Of a DNA stretch of 64,000 nt, positions 37,703-49,899 are shown one piece after another. The notes under the pieces are model-generated. The model ran no database searches and was not told the DNA's origin. It worked only from the letters and a program-made list of their open reading frames with translations. This DNA is from an uncultured virus (IMG/VR IMGVR_UViG_3300037400_005412). Taxonomy: Duplodnaviria > Heunggongvirae > Uroviricota > Caudoviricetes. Every line of letters starts with the position of its first letter. Within the stretch, counting starts at the first letter, position 1. The stretch lies in IMG/VR virus record IMGVR_UViG_3300037400_005412, one strand, 5' to 3'. A program made the position numbers and the translations under genes.

Positions 37703-37765
37703 ACTGCGCTTACCAATTTTTTACCAAAACATATAGTGATTTGGCAGAAATTTGGTAAGCGCAGT
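37703..37765. repeat. Palindromic element copy 2
   Basis: ACTGCGCTTACCAA...TTGGTAAGCGCAGT, 14-bp inverted repeat. Confidence 0.8.
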
Positions 37766-37944
37766 TTTCTTTTTGACAATTTAAAAATAATATGATATAA
37801 TTATTATAGAAAATAATATAAGGTGATAGTAATATATGAAAGATTTTACTTTTAATTTGAATTTTAAATTAGATTTATCAAATGTCATTGAAGAATTAAC
37901 AGAAATTTTAGATAAGTTAAAAGAAATATAGAATAAAGAAGAAA

Positions 37945-38250
37945 ATGATAATGAAATATAGTTATGAAGATAGTATTAAGATTAGTCAACAAGCATTAGA
38001 TTTAATAGATGTAAAAAAATTTTTAATTAGTGGTAAAGATATTTCTGATATAAAATATGATATACGTTTCTACATATATATTTCAGAAGATAAAGTAAAA
38101 AATTTTATATCGCAATATTCTGATATATTTGGAATAGATTTAGATATTTTTAATTATATAGAAGACGATGAGTTTATTAATTATTGTAAGAAAAGATATC
38201 CTGATATATGTTGGGGTAATGAAATAATAGAAAGGCATTGGGTAATATAA
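37945..38250 (+). CDS. Hypothetical protein
   Basis: Track ORF. Confidence 0.55.
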   Translation: MIMKYSYEDSIKISQQALDLIDVKKFLISGKDISDIKYDIRFYIYISEDKVKNFISQYSDIFGIDLDIFNYIEDDEFINYCKKRYPDICWGNEIIERHWVI

Positions 38251-38253
38251 AAA

Positions 38254-39538
38254 ATGGAAACTATTATATTAAATAATAAACAAGAGGAGGCGTTGAAATT
38301 AGCTGTAGCCAGATATAATCTTGGTATGCCATATACCGTAATATCTGGCTACGCTTAACGCTGGCTCTGGAAAAAGTACTCTTGTTAAATTTATAATTGC
38401 AGCATTAAATATTCCACCAGAGCAAGTAGCATATGTAGCTTATACAGGTAAAGCAGCTAATGTACTAAAAAATAAAGGTTGCCCAAATGCTACTACTGCG
38501 CATAAATTATTATATTATGCTAAAAGAACTAAAGAAGGATTTTTTATTTTTGAGCCTAAAGAAAGATTAGATGCTGATTATAAATTAATAGTTGTAGATG
38601 AAGTATCTATGTTGCCAGACGAAATGTGGTACTAGCTATTAAGCCATGGAGTTTATGTGCTGGCCTGCGGAGATCCAGGTTAGCTAGAACCAGTAAAAGC
38701 ATCTGCTGCGCCAGTTCTTGAGAAACCTCATATCTTCCTCGATGAAATTATGCGATAGGCACAAGAGAGTGCTATTATTAGGTTATCAATGCATATCCGT
38801 GAGGGAAAAGATTTTAGAACTTTTCCAACAGTAAGTGGTGAGGTGCGCATTATTCCTTCTAAATCTTTATTTTATGATGAAGATTCTGCTCTTCTTCAAG
38901 CTAGCTAGATTATTTGTGGGACTAATGAAGAGCGCAAACGTATTAATAATAGAGTTAGACAGCTAATTGGTCGAGGAGAATTGCCAGAAATTGGCGATAA
39001 AATAATTGGACTTGATAACCATTGGGATTGTATTAGTAAACAAGGTAATGCTTTAACCAATGGAGCTATTGGAACAATTAAAAATTTTAATTTAAAAGAA
39101 TAGCGATATCCTAATAAGACTGATTCACGATTTAAGTATTTTCCAGATTCTACTTTATTAATGTACACAGATTTTGAAACCGATGATGGGGATTACTTTC
39201 CAGAGTGTATAATGCCACTTGATTATAATTGTATTATTACAGGAGATCCAACTTTAAATCCAAAACAAGAAGCTAGTCTTGCTAATTATTAGAAAAATTT
39301 ATTAGCTCAAGCAAAAAGGAGAGATAATTTTCCTTTTGAAAGATATTGGAAAGATTTGCCATATCATTTTAATTATGCATATGCAATTACTTGCTGGAAA
39401 GCGCAAGGTAGTTAGTATCCATATGTATTAGGTTACGACTGCTCTTGGTTAAAACGGAAAAATACTGATGAATATAAAAAATACCTTTATACATTGGTGA
39501 CTCGTGCTGAATAGGCAGTAATTTTAGTGGGAGATTAA
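38254..39538 (+). CDS. RecD/Dda-like SF1B helicase; frame interrupted by a 7-nt insert at 38356-38362
   Basis: ISGYA[TAACGCT]GSGKST, AYTGKAA, VVDEVSM, GDPGQL, MRQA, YAITCWKAQGS, YTLVTRA. Confidence 0.85.
38305..38362 (+). promoter_or_regulatory. Candidate translational bypass/recoding element (stem-loop, take-off codon, TAA, landing codon)
   Basis: GTAGCCAGATAT/ATATCTGGCTAC 12-bp stem followed by GCT TAA C GCT. Confidence 0.65.
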
Positions 39539-39539
39539 A

Positions 39540-39719
39540 ATGACTAATTTTACAGAAGATTTTGAAAAAATTTTTGATGGATTACAATCTCTTCAAACTA
39601 ATCTTGAAGTTGAATTAAATAATTTAAATTAGCGTATAAGTTATTTAGAATATAAACAAACTCAAGATGATGAGTTTTATAAAAATTTAGAACTTTTAAT
39701 TCAAAAAAGGAATAAATAA
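39540..39719 (+). CDS. Small coiled-coil protein
   Basis: Open under code 15. Confidence 0.5.
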
Positions 39720-39721
39720 AA

Positions 39722-39892
39722 ATGGAAATTGAAATTACTCAAGAAATATTAGATGAAGTAAATATGTTTTTAAACAATGGATTAGTTTAGCTTTTAAATG
39801 ATACTGGAATGAGTTTTTCAGCATTAACATTTATAGCACAAAGTATAGTATCTGCGGTTGATAAAGTGCAAGAAGAACTTGACAAAAATTAA
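39722..39892 (+). CDS. Hypothetical protein
   Basis: Open under code 15. Confidence 0.45.
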
Positions 39893-39930
39893 GATTTATG
39901 ATATAATATATATGATAAATTATAAAGAGG

Positions 39931-42900
39931 GTGATTAATATAAATACTCAGATTAATACATTTTTTGATTGTCACGCTCATACTGAGTATTCTTAAATTT
40001 AATATAAGATTAATTGACTGTATCAATCATCCAAAAGACTTAATTAATAGAGCGATTGAAATAGGGCTTAGTGGATGTAGTATAACCGACCACGAAGCTC
40101 TATGCTCGCATATGATTGTTAATAAGTATGCTAAAGAGATAAAAGAAAAATATCCTGACTTTACAATCGCATTAGGTAATGAAATTTATCTTACAGATAC
40201 GAGAGATAAAGGACAAAAATATTATCACTTTATTTTATTAGCAAAGGATAGATTAGGGTATAAAGGTCTTTGTGAATTAAGTTCAACAGCTTGGTATAAT
40301 GTTTATGTAGATAGACGTCTTGAAAGAGTTCCAACTTTAAAAAGTGAACTTAAAGAGATTATGAAAAAATATAAAGGTCATATTATTGCGACGACCGCTT
40401 GTATGGGTGGAGAGCTATCTACGAATTTATATGGTTTGGCATTAGCAAGAAAAACTCAAGATAAAGAATATGAAAAATTATATTATGATAAAGCAGTTGA
40501 GTTTATAAATTTTTGTATTGATGTTTTTGGAAAAGAAGATTTTTATATTGAATGCGCCCCAAGCATAAAGTCAGATCAAGTAATTGTTAATAAACAATTA
40601 TTAAATGTTGCTCATGCTATGGGCTTAAAAATGGTAATAGGAACAGATGCTCATTATCTTAAAAAAGAAGATAGATATGTACATAAATCATATTTAAACT
40701 CAAAACAAGAAGAACGTGAAGTTGATGATTTTTATGAATATGCTTATATGCAATCTCCACAGGAAGTTAGAGAACATTTAAGTGCTTCAATGAGTGATAG
40801 AGATATTGATTGGATATTTGAAAATTCATTAGAAGTTAAAAATAAAATAGATTTTTATAGTCTTGAAAAACACCAACATATTCCAGAAGTAAAAGTAAAA
40901 AATTATCCAAAACAAGGATATTTAGAGTTTTTTGGCGGTTCGTTTGATGGCTATAATGATCAATTAGATGAATTTTATAACGAGTGTCCAATATTAACAG
41001 AACTTTTTAATAGTGATAATGTCCAAGAAAGATATTGGGTAAACCAATGTTTTGAAGCATTAATGGACAAAGGAATTGGTTTAAAACAAGAATATGTTAA
41101 AAGATTAGAAGAAGAGGCACGAGTAAAAAGAATTATTGGTGAAAAACTTCAAACTTGTATGTTCGCATATCCAAATACTCTTCAGCATTATATTGATTTA
41201 TTTTGGAGATGCGGTAGTACGGTTGGAGCAGGACGTGGTTCAGCATGTTCTGGTTTAAATCATTATCTTTTAGGAGTAACTCAACTTGATCCTATACAAT
41301 GGGACTTGCCCTGGTGGAGATATTTGAACGATGAGCGTGTTGAACTCGGTAGTCTATGGTTGATATTGCCGAGTTGTAAAAAAAGAATGTGAACCCTGCT
41401 AAGGGGTGTCAATTAATAAAATTGGCTAACGGTATTAGTGAAATAAGGCATAATGCACGAATCAACTAACTAAGAGAGCCTATGTCCTGAAATATGGATA
41501 GATTGGGGATACCGTGCTTTTTAACTATAATAAATAAAAATCCAGGTCAAAGTCTGCTAATTATATTATCTTAAATTTCATGTTATATAGAAAGAGAGAT
41601 GATATAATGAAAAGTTATTATATTTATTTAACTACTAATTTAATAAATAATAAAAAATATATAGGAATGCATCATGGCGAATTAAATGATGATTACCTAG
41701 GTAGTGGAAATAATATTGTCAATGCAATTAAGAAATATGGAAAAGAAAATTTTAAAAGAATAATTTTACATATTTCTAAAGATTATGAAGATAATTGTTA
41801 TTGGGAAAAATATTATATAGAAAAATATAATGCAGTAGCAGATAGAAATTTCTATAATATTCACGAAGGCGGAGCAGGTGGCAATACTATTGCTGGTTGG
41901 TCTAAAGAAAGATTAGAATAGTATAAAAAAGAAAAAAGTATAATGTCGTCTGGTAAAAATAATCCAAGATATGGGATCCATTTAACCGAAGAAACTAAAT
42001 AGAAAATTCGTGAAAATAGAAATACTGATTATATGAAAACTGAATAGTATAGAAAAAATATGTCTATGGCAGTTAGTGGTGAAAAAAATGGAATGTATGG
42101 GAAAAAACATACAGAAGAGGCTAAACAAAAAATGTCATAGCATAAAAAAGGAAAAAAATTAAATGCTGAAAATGGTAATGCAAAGAAAATAATTGCTTAT
42201 AAAGATGTCAAACATACTGAAAAAGTTAAAGAATTTGGATGTATTAAAGAAGCATTAATTTGGTTAGGAACAAATAGTAAAGATTATTCAGGTATTTCAA
42301 AAAGGATGAAAGAAAATAAACCATATAAAGGTTTTTATTGGGTTAAAGAGTGTAGAGACTAATATAAAGGGATAGAGATAAGCACTATCCTGTAGCGCAT
42401 TCGCATGATAATTGAAGTTATTGCACGCAGTAAATTATTATGTAAGAGATAGTCCATTAAAGGATATTGACTTAGACTTAGCGCCAAGTAAGCTTCCAAA
42501 AATTTTTGAAGAAATTCGTAAAGAACGTGGAGAATTTGGTATTGTCCAAGTTTGTACCTTTGGTACAGAAGCAACTAAGTCAGCAGTTTTAACCGCTTGT
42601 CGTGGTTATAGAAGTGAAGAATATCCAGATGGAATAGATGTTGATGATGCTCAATATATTTCATCATTAGTTCCACAAGAGCGAGGATTTTTATGGGATC
42701 TTCATGATATGATTGAAGGGAATCCTGATAAAGGTAGATTGCCGCAAAAACAATTCATAAATACAGTAAATCAATATCCAGGTCTTTTAGATATTATGAA
42801 AGGTATTGAGGGATTGGTATCTCGTAGAGGTATTCATGCTTCTGGTGTTATTTTATTTGATGAAGATATATTTAGTGAAGCAGCTATTATGAAAGCCAGA

Positions 42901-44997
42901 AATGGAAATTTAACAACTCAATGGGATCTTCATGACCAAGAAGCTGCTGGTAGTGTTAAATATGATTTTCTTTTAACTGCTGTTCAAGATATTATTATTG
43001 AAACAATTGATTTGCTTCAAGCAGATGAAGTTATAGACCCCACTTTATCTTTAAGAGAAGTATATGATAAATATCTTCATCCAAATGTTCTTCCGCAAAA
43101 TGATGATAAAATGTGGGACGCTTTGGCAAAAGGTAGTGTATTAGGAATATTTCAATTTGAAGGTTCTGTTGGAGCTCAAGCAGCAAAAAAGATTAAACCA
43201 CATAATCCATTAGAAATGGCTGATGCGAATGGATTAATGAGATTAATGGCAAGTGAACCTGGGGCTGAAATGCCACTTGATAAATATGTTCGTTATAAAA
43301 ATAATATTAATCAATGGTATATGGAAATGGATAGATGCGGTTTAACAAAAGAAGAACAAACAGCTATTGAGCCACATTTTAAATCTTCATATGGTGTCCC
43401 TCCAAGCCAAGAGCAGTTAATGCGAATGTTAATGGATGAAAATATCTGCGGTTTTACATTAGCAGAAGCAAATGCAGCTCGTAAAATTGTTGGTAAAAAA
43501 TAGATGTCTAAAATTCCAGGATTAAAACAAAAAGTTTTAGAATCAGCTAAATCTCCAAAATTAGGTGAATATATTTGGAAATATGGGGCTGGTCCATAGA
43601 TGGGCTACTCATTCAGTATTATTCATGCATTAGCTTATTCGTTTATTGGAATGCAAACATTATATTTAGGTGTATATTACCCTATATATTGGAATACGGC
43701 TTATTTAATTGTTAATAGCGGAGCATTGGGTGGCGATGAAGATGATGATGGAGATAAACAAGATGGAACAGATTATAAAAAAGTTGCGAAAGCTATTGGA
43801 TAGATTAGAGCTGCTGGAATTAAAATAAGTTTAGCAGATATTAATCGTTCAGAGTTTGGCTTTGTCCCAGATCCAGAGAATAATCAAATTCTTTTTGGTA
43901 TGAAGGGTATGTTAAATGTTGGCGATGATATAATTGAAGAAATTATAGCACATCGTCCATATATTTCTCCACGAGATTTTATAAATAAAGTAAAACCAAA
44001 TAAACAAGTTATGATTTCTTTAATTAAAGGTGGCGCTTTTGATAATTTAATTGATAGAAAAGAATGTATGGCTTGGTATTTATGGGAAAATTGTGATAAG
44101 AAAAAACGAATTACTTTATAGAATATGGCTGGATTAATGAAATATAAATTAGTGCCAGAAGACACCGATGAAAAGGTAATGGCGCGAAGGATATATGAAT
44201 TTAATAGATATTTGAAAGCAATTACAATTCCAGCGAATAAATTAAAACCATATTATGTATTGGATGAACGCGCCATGAATTTTTTAATAAATATTGAAAA
44301 AGAAGATTTAATTTGTCAAAATGGAAATATATATTGTTTATTAAAAGCAGATTGGGAAAAAATTTATCAATCTTATATGGATGTCTTTCGCCAATGGATA
44401 GCCGAAAATCATGATGAATTACTTAATAATTTAAATAAGTTAATTTTTATGGATGAATGGAATAAATATGCGAAAGGAACTATATCTGCTTGGGAAATGG
44501 AGTCTTTGTGTTTTTATTATCACGAGCATGAATTAGCGCATTTAAATAATTATAAATATGGATTTGTCGATTTTAATAAATTACCAGTTGAACCTAAAAT
44601 AGATAAAACATTTACTAAAGGTGGGCGCACTATTAATATGTATAAATTATATAAGATATGCGGCACTTGTATAGCTAAAAATAAAAATAAAAGTACAGTT
44701 TCTTTATTAACCACTACTGGAGTTGTAGAAGTTAAGTTCCGTCGTGAATATTTTGCTTTATTTGATAAACGAATTTCTGCTAAAGGTGAAGATGGGAAAA
44801 AACATATAGTTGAAAAATCATGGTTTGATCGCGGTAGTATGATTATTGTACAAGGAATGCGTTTAGATGATATGTTTGTATCAAAAAAATATGCTTCTTC
44901 TGGAGGGCATCAACTCTATAAAATTGATGAAGTTATTGATGATGAAATTAAAATAAGAACAACTCGCGCTCAAGGCGATGAAGAAGAGGAAGAATAA
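39931..44997 (+). CDS. dnaE: DNA polymerase III alpha (family C); 7-nt insert at 39994-40000 and group I intron at 41351-42462
   Basis: DCHAHTEYS[TAAATTT]NIRLID, ITDHE, TDAHY, GRGSA, ELG|DIDLD, GIHASGV, KYDFL, GIFQFE, GYSFSIIHA; start codon approximate. Confidence 0.9.
39943..40000 (+). promoter_or_regulatory. Candidate translational bypass/recoding element
   Basis: AATACTCAG/CTGAGTATT 9-bp stem followed by TCT TAA A TTT. Confidence 0.6.
41351..42462 (+). ncRNA. Group I intron in dnaE, just before the catalytic DIDLD
   Basis: Exon ends GGT, intron ends in G; R TGTAGAGACTA ~42351, S AAGAGATAGTCC ~42444; P1 AACTCGGT/GCCGAGTT. Confidence 0.88.
41607..42362 (+). CDS. Intron-encoded GIY-YIG homing endonuclease with NUMOD3 repeats
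   Basis: YIYLTTNLINNKKYIG, YLGSG, NPRYGIHLTEETKQKI, NGMYGKKHTEEAKQKMS. Confidence 0.85.
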
Positions 44998-45239
44998 TGG
45001 AAAAGATTATTGAATATAAAAATTTAAGAAATATAGTCCATAGATTATATTGTGATAATTGTAAAAAAGAAATGTATTTTACTGGATAGGTTTATACAAC
45101 TTATCCAGAAGAATATGTTTATGCTTGTAAAACATGCGATAAAATAATGAGTACAACTAAATTTTATCCTTGGAATGAAATAATTGGCGATGAAGTTATA
45201 TGTGGACCTTAGGGGTAGGAGGTATGTATAAGTTTATGA
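44997..45239 (+). CDS. Zn-ribbon hypothetical protein
   Basis: CDNC...TYP...CKTC. Confidence 0.5.
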
Positions 45240-45817
45240 ATACTAAATATACTATTATTGCTCTTATGGGGAAAGCTGGTAGTGGCAAAGACACTATTAT
45301 GAAAGCATTATTAAAATAGCCAGCTTTTCAAAATGCAGCTCCAATTATAAGTTGTACAACTCGACCCAAACGAGAATATGAAAAAGATGGTATAGATTAT
45401 CATTTTTTAACAAAAGAATAGTTTACTGATAAAATTTTATCAGGAGATATGTTAGAAGCAACTGTTTTTAATGATTGGTGTTATGGGACATCAATAGATA
45501 ATTTATCTAATGATAAAATAAACATTGGCGTCTTTAATCCAGAAGGTGTAGGATTATTGCGTGGTAGAGATAATATTAAATTAATTCTTATATATATCGA
45601 AGCAAAAGATAAAGACAGACTGTTGCGGCAACTAAATAGAGAGAATGATCCAGATGTACATGAAATTATTCGTAGATATTCTACTGATGAAATGGACTTT
45701 GCAGAAGAAGAAATCGAATATTTAGAGCCAGATTGCTTTATTACGAATAATGATGACGGCAGTATTGATAAAATTGCGGCAGCAATCGCTAATGCATGGG
45801 CATCTGGGCAATTATGA
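45236..45817 (+). CDS. gmk: Guanylate kinase-like protein
   Basis: [30 protein letters not shown]. Confidence 0.8.
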
Positions 45818-45895
45818 TTAAGAAATAGAAAATAAAAACTAAATATAGTGATAACTTAAAAATTATTGCTATATTTAGTGGAGGTTTAAATATAT

Positions 45896-48800
45896 ATGGT
45901 TATTAAACGTGATAATTCAAAAGTTGATTTTGATGCTAGAAAAATCGTAAATGCTATCAATAAAGCTTTTATTGAAGTAGACGGTTAGTTATATGAAAAT
46001 GATACTGCTACTGATATTGCTATCGACATAGGTAAAAAATATATTGATACAGATGTTGATGTTGAGACAATTTAGAATGATGTCGAAGATTATTTAATGC
46101 GTTCAGAACGTAAAGATGTAGCTCGGGCATATATCCGTTATAGATATAAAAAAGAAGTAGCTAGAAAAGTTCAAGATGACTTTATTGCCCCTATTAAAGA
46201 TAAACTTGAAGCAGCAAATGTATAGAATCAAAATGCTAATGTTGATGAATATTCATTTGGCGGTCGCATGGGTGAAGCTGCAAGTTATATGACAAAAGAT
46301 TATGCTATTAATTATCTTTTATCTGATAAAGCAAAGCGCAATCATTTAAACAATAGAATTTATATTCATGATTTAGATCATTATGCTCTTGGTGATCATA
46401 ATTGTTTAAGTGTGCCATTTGATGAATTACTTGCTAATGGATTTAATACTCGTCAATCTGATGTGCGCCCTGCTGGATCTGTAAATACTGCTTGCCAATT
46501 AGTAGCGGTTATTTTCCAACTTCAATCCTTATAGCAATTTGGTGGAGTTAGCGCTACTCATATTGATTGGACAATGGTCCCATATATCCGCAAAAGTTTT
46601 ACTAAACATATTGAAAATGGTTTAATTTATATAGAACATTTATCTGAATATAAATAGAAACGTTTTACTAAATGGTTAAAAGATGCTCCAGACTATCCAG
46701 ATGGGACTATTCATTTTGATGATGTAAAATTTTAGAAAAAGCATCCAGAAGTATTTGAATATGCTATGGATATGACTGAAAAAGAAGTTCATCAAGCAGT
46801 TGAAGGTCTTTATCATAATTTAAATACATTACAAAGTAGGTCGGGTAGACCTTAAAGTTGCCCCATTATTTGGTAACAAATAATTGATAATCCAGCAAAA
46901 TCGGTAAAATCTAAAAATTATTTTTTGGTCAGTTCTAATTTATAGAGTATTTAGAAAATTTATATTATATAGAAAATAATAATATAAAAGGAAGAAAAAA
47001 GTATGAAACGAACTGATAAAAAAATTGAATAGCAAGTTATTAATTTATATAGTACAACTAATTTATCTATGGTAAAAGTTGGACAATAGTTTGACCTTTC
47101 AGGAGCTACTGTTATGGCAATTTTAAATAGAAATAATATTCCTAAACGAACAAAAGGTGGTATTTATAAAATACCAGATAATGATGTTATACAAAAATAT
47201 ACTCAAGAAAATAAATCTTGTCAAGAAATTGCTAATGAATATAATGTTAGTTTTAACACTATTAGTATGATTTTAGAAAAATATAATATAAAACGAAATA
47301 ATATTTATTTTAATAAAAATTTATAGAGTGATTATTTTTCTTCAATAGATACATATGATAAAGCATATTTTTTAGGACTTTTAATTACTGATGGGAATGT
47401 AACTAAAGAAGGAAATGCTATTAGACTATCATTAAAATTAGAAGATGAAGAAATTTTAAAAACTTTTACTTCTAAAGTAAAAAGTGAAAATCAATTAGTA
47501 TATCGACAAGATAAACCAGAGGTCACTTTTTCTGTAAAAAATAAACAATGGAAAATAGATCTAGCAAAATTCGGAGTTATACCTTGTAAAACAACATCAA
47601 TAGAAATGCCATTATTAGCAGATGAAATGATGCCTCATTTAATTAGAGGAATGATAGATGGTGATGGCAGTATTTCTAGTAAGTCACATTATATTTTCTT
47701 TTGTGGTAATAAAAAAACAGTATAGCAATTACATGATTATTTAGTAGAAAAATTAAATCTTTATAATGTAAAAATTTTACATACAGAAGAAAATTTGTGG
47801 AGTTGTCAATGGAGTTCTAAAAAAGATATATTAAAAATAGGTCAATATATTTATCAAAATAAACAAGATTGTTATTTAAAACGAAAATATAATAATTTTT
47901 TACAAATAATTCAAGATAATACCGAGGTAACTTCTTTGATTACGAAAGGCAAAGAAGCACCGTAGAGCGTAGAGAGTGAATAAATATAATCTCTCCAAGA
48001 GTGTTGGACTTCCTTAATGTAAGGAAGAAAATGTACGCCGAACTAATAAGAAATTATTAGAATTACTGGATAAAAAACCAGTAAGATAACATATTTGAAC
48101 TAGTTACCATTTACTTCTATTAATTATGGTACTTGTACTTTGCCAGAAGGAAGAATGTTTACTCGTGCTTTGTTAGAAGTTAGTATCGAAGGACTTGGAA
48201 AATTACATAAAACTTCTATTTTCCCATGCGGGATTTTCTAGTGTATGAATGGTGTTAATCGTAAATATGGTGATCCAAATTATGATTTATATATTTTAGC
48301 ATTAGAAAGCACCTCTAAACGTCTTTATCCAAATTATGCTAATGTGGATTGGTCAGGCAATGCTGGATATGATAAAAATGATCCAACTACATATTTTTCA
48401 ACGATGGGATGTAGAACTGTTAATGGGGCTGATATAAATGTTGAACCTGGTGTCAATCCACAACGTAAAGATGGACGTGGTAATATTTGTCCTGTAACTA
48501 TTATTATGCCTACTCTTGCTATGGAAGCTGTGTAGACTACAGAAGATGATGAAAATGCTAATGGCAAAGAAAGTATTATTAATAAATTTATAGAACTTTT
48601 AGATAAAGCTATTTATGATGCTAGAGATATGCTTTTAGAAAGATTTGAATGGATTTGTTCTTAGAGCCCATCAAGTGCTAAATTTATGTATGAAAATAAT
48701 ACTATGAGTGGTTATCATCCAGAAGAAGGAATTATTAGTGCCCTTAAGCATGGCACATTAGTTATTGGATAGCTCGGGCTAGCAGAGACTCTTCAAATTC

Positions 48801-49411
48801 TTATTGGAAAAGATCATACTACTTTTGAAGGAATGGAGTTAGCTAAACGTATTGAACAATTATTTAAAGATCGGTGTGCTCAATTTAAACAAGAAGAACA
48901 TTTGAATTTTGGTGTTTATTATACTCCTGCAGAGAACCTTTGTTATACAGCTCTCAAAAAATTCCGTGAAAAATATGGAGTTATTGAAAATGTTAGTGAT
49001 AAAGATTTCTTTACAAATTCTATTCACGTTCCAGTTTGGAAGAATATGAGTCCATTTGATAAAATTGATATTGAAAGTCAATTAACTGGATATAGTAATG
49101 CTGGATGTATTACCTATGTAGAATTAGATGCATCTGTTGTTCATAATATTGAAGCATTAGAATAGATTGTTAATTATGCTATGGATCATGATATTCCATA
49201 TTTCGCTATTAATGTCCCTTCTGATACTTGTTTAAATTGCGGTTTTTAGGGAGAAATAAATGATAAATGCCCAATATGCGGAAGTACTCATATCCAACAA
49301 CTTCGTCGCGTAACTGGTTATTTAACTGGAAATTATACTACTGCTTTTAATCTTGGAAAACAAGATGAAGTTCATCATAGAGTAAAACATGTAGGAGAGA
49401 TAACGCCATGA
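45896..49411 (+). CDS. nrdD: Anaerobic ribonucleoside-triphosphate reductase; exons 45896-46846 and 48098-49411
   Basis: ATP cone, YIHDLD, spliced LQSRSG|NQLPFTSINYG, MGCRT, TPAENL, RRVTGYL. Confidence 0.92.
46847..48097 (+). ncRNA. Group I intron in nrdD
   Basis: Exon ends in U, intron ends in G; splicing restores the conserved motif; core segments CAAAATCGGT, ATACCGAGGTAA, CGTAGAGCGTA, ATGTACGCCGA. Confidence 0.88.
47003..47983 (+). CDS. Intron-encoded LAGLIDADG homing endonuclease with HTH repeats
   Basis: KAYFLGLLITDG and HLIRGMIDGDGSI; several TAG. Confidence 0.85.
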
Positions 49412-49896
49412 AATATGCGGGAATAATTAAAAATGATGTTGCCGCTGGCAAAGGTGTTTGCGTTACATTCTTTGTTCAAGGGTGTGATACCCACTGTCCT
49501 GGATGTCATAATCAAGGAACATGGGATTTTGATGGCGGATATGAATTTACACAAGATACAATTAATTCAATTATTAATGCATTAAATGCTAATGGAGTTT
49601 AGCGTAATTTATGCATTATGGGCGGAGAACCATTACATCCGCATAATTAGTTTTTAGTGTAGCTTTTAATACAAGAAGTTAAAAAAGTTTATCCTGATAT
49701 AAAAATATATTTGTGGACAGGATATATCTATGAAGATTTAATTGTCAAACATGAAAAAATATTATAGAATATATTATAGGAAATAGATGTATTAATTGAT
49801 GGCCCTTTTATCCAAGAATAGAGAGATATCACTCTTGAAATGCGTGGATCTAAAAATCAAAGAATTTTAAATTTAAAAGAATTAAGGAGACAATAA
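49408..49896 (+). CDS. nrdG: Anaerobic RNR activase
   Basis: GCDTHCPGCHN, GGEPL, WTGY, IDGPF, RGSKNQR. Confidence 0.9.
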
Positions 49897-49899
49897 ATT

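Noticed and set aside
38356..38362. 7-nt inserts as group I intron remnants
   Set aside because: No ribozyme core and no consistent U|...G boundaries at both sites; an intron-derived origin is not excluded
39965..40000. Track start MIVTLILSILKF for DnaE
   Set aside because: The conserved HAHTEYS motif lies in the other frame; this looks like a spurious extension
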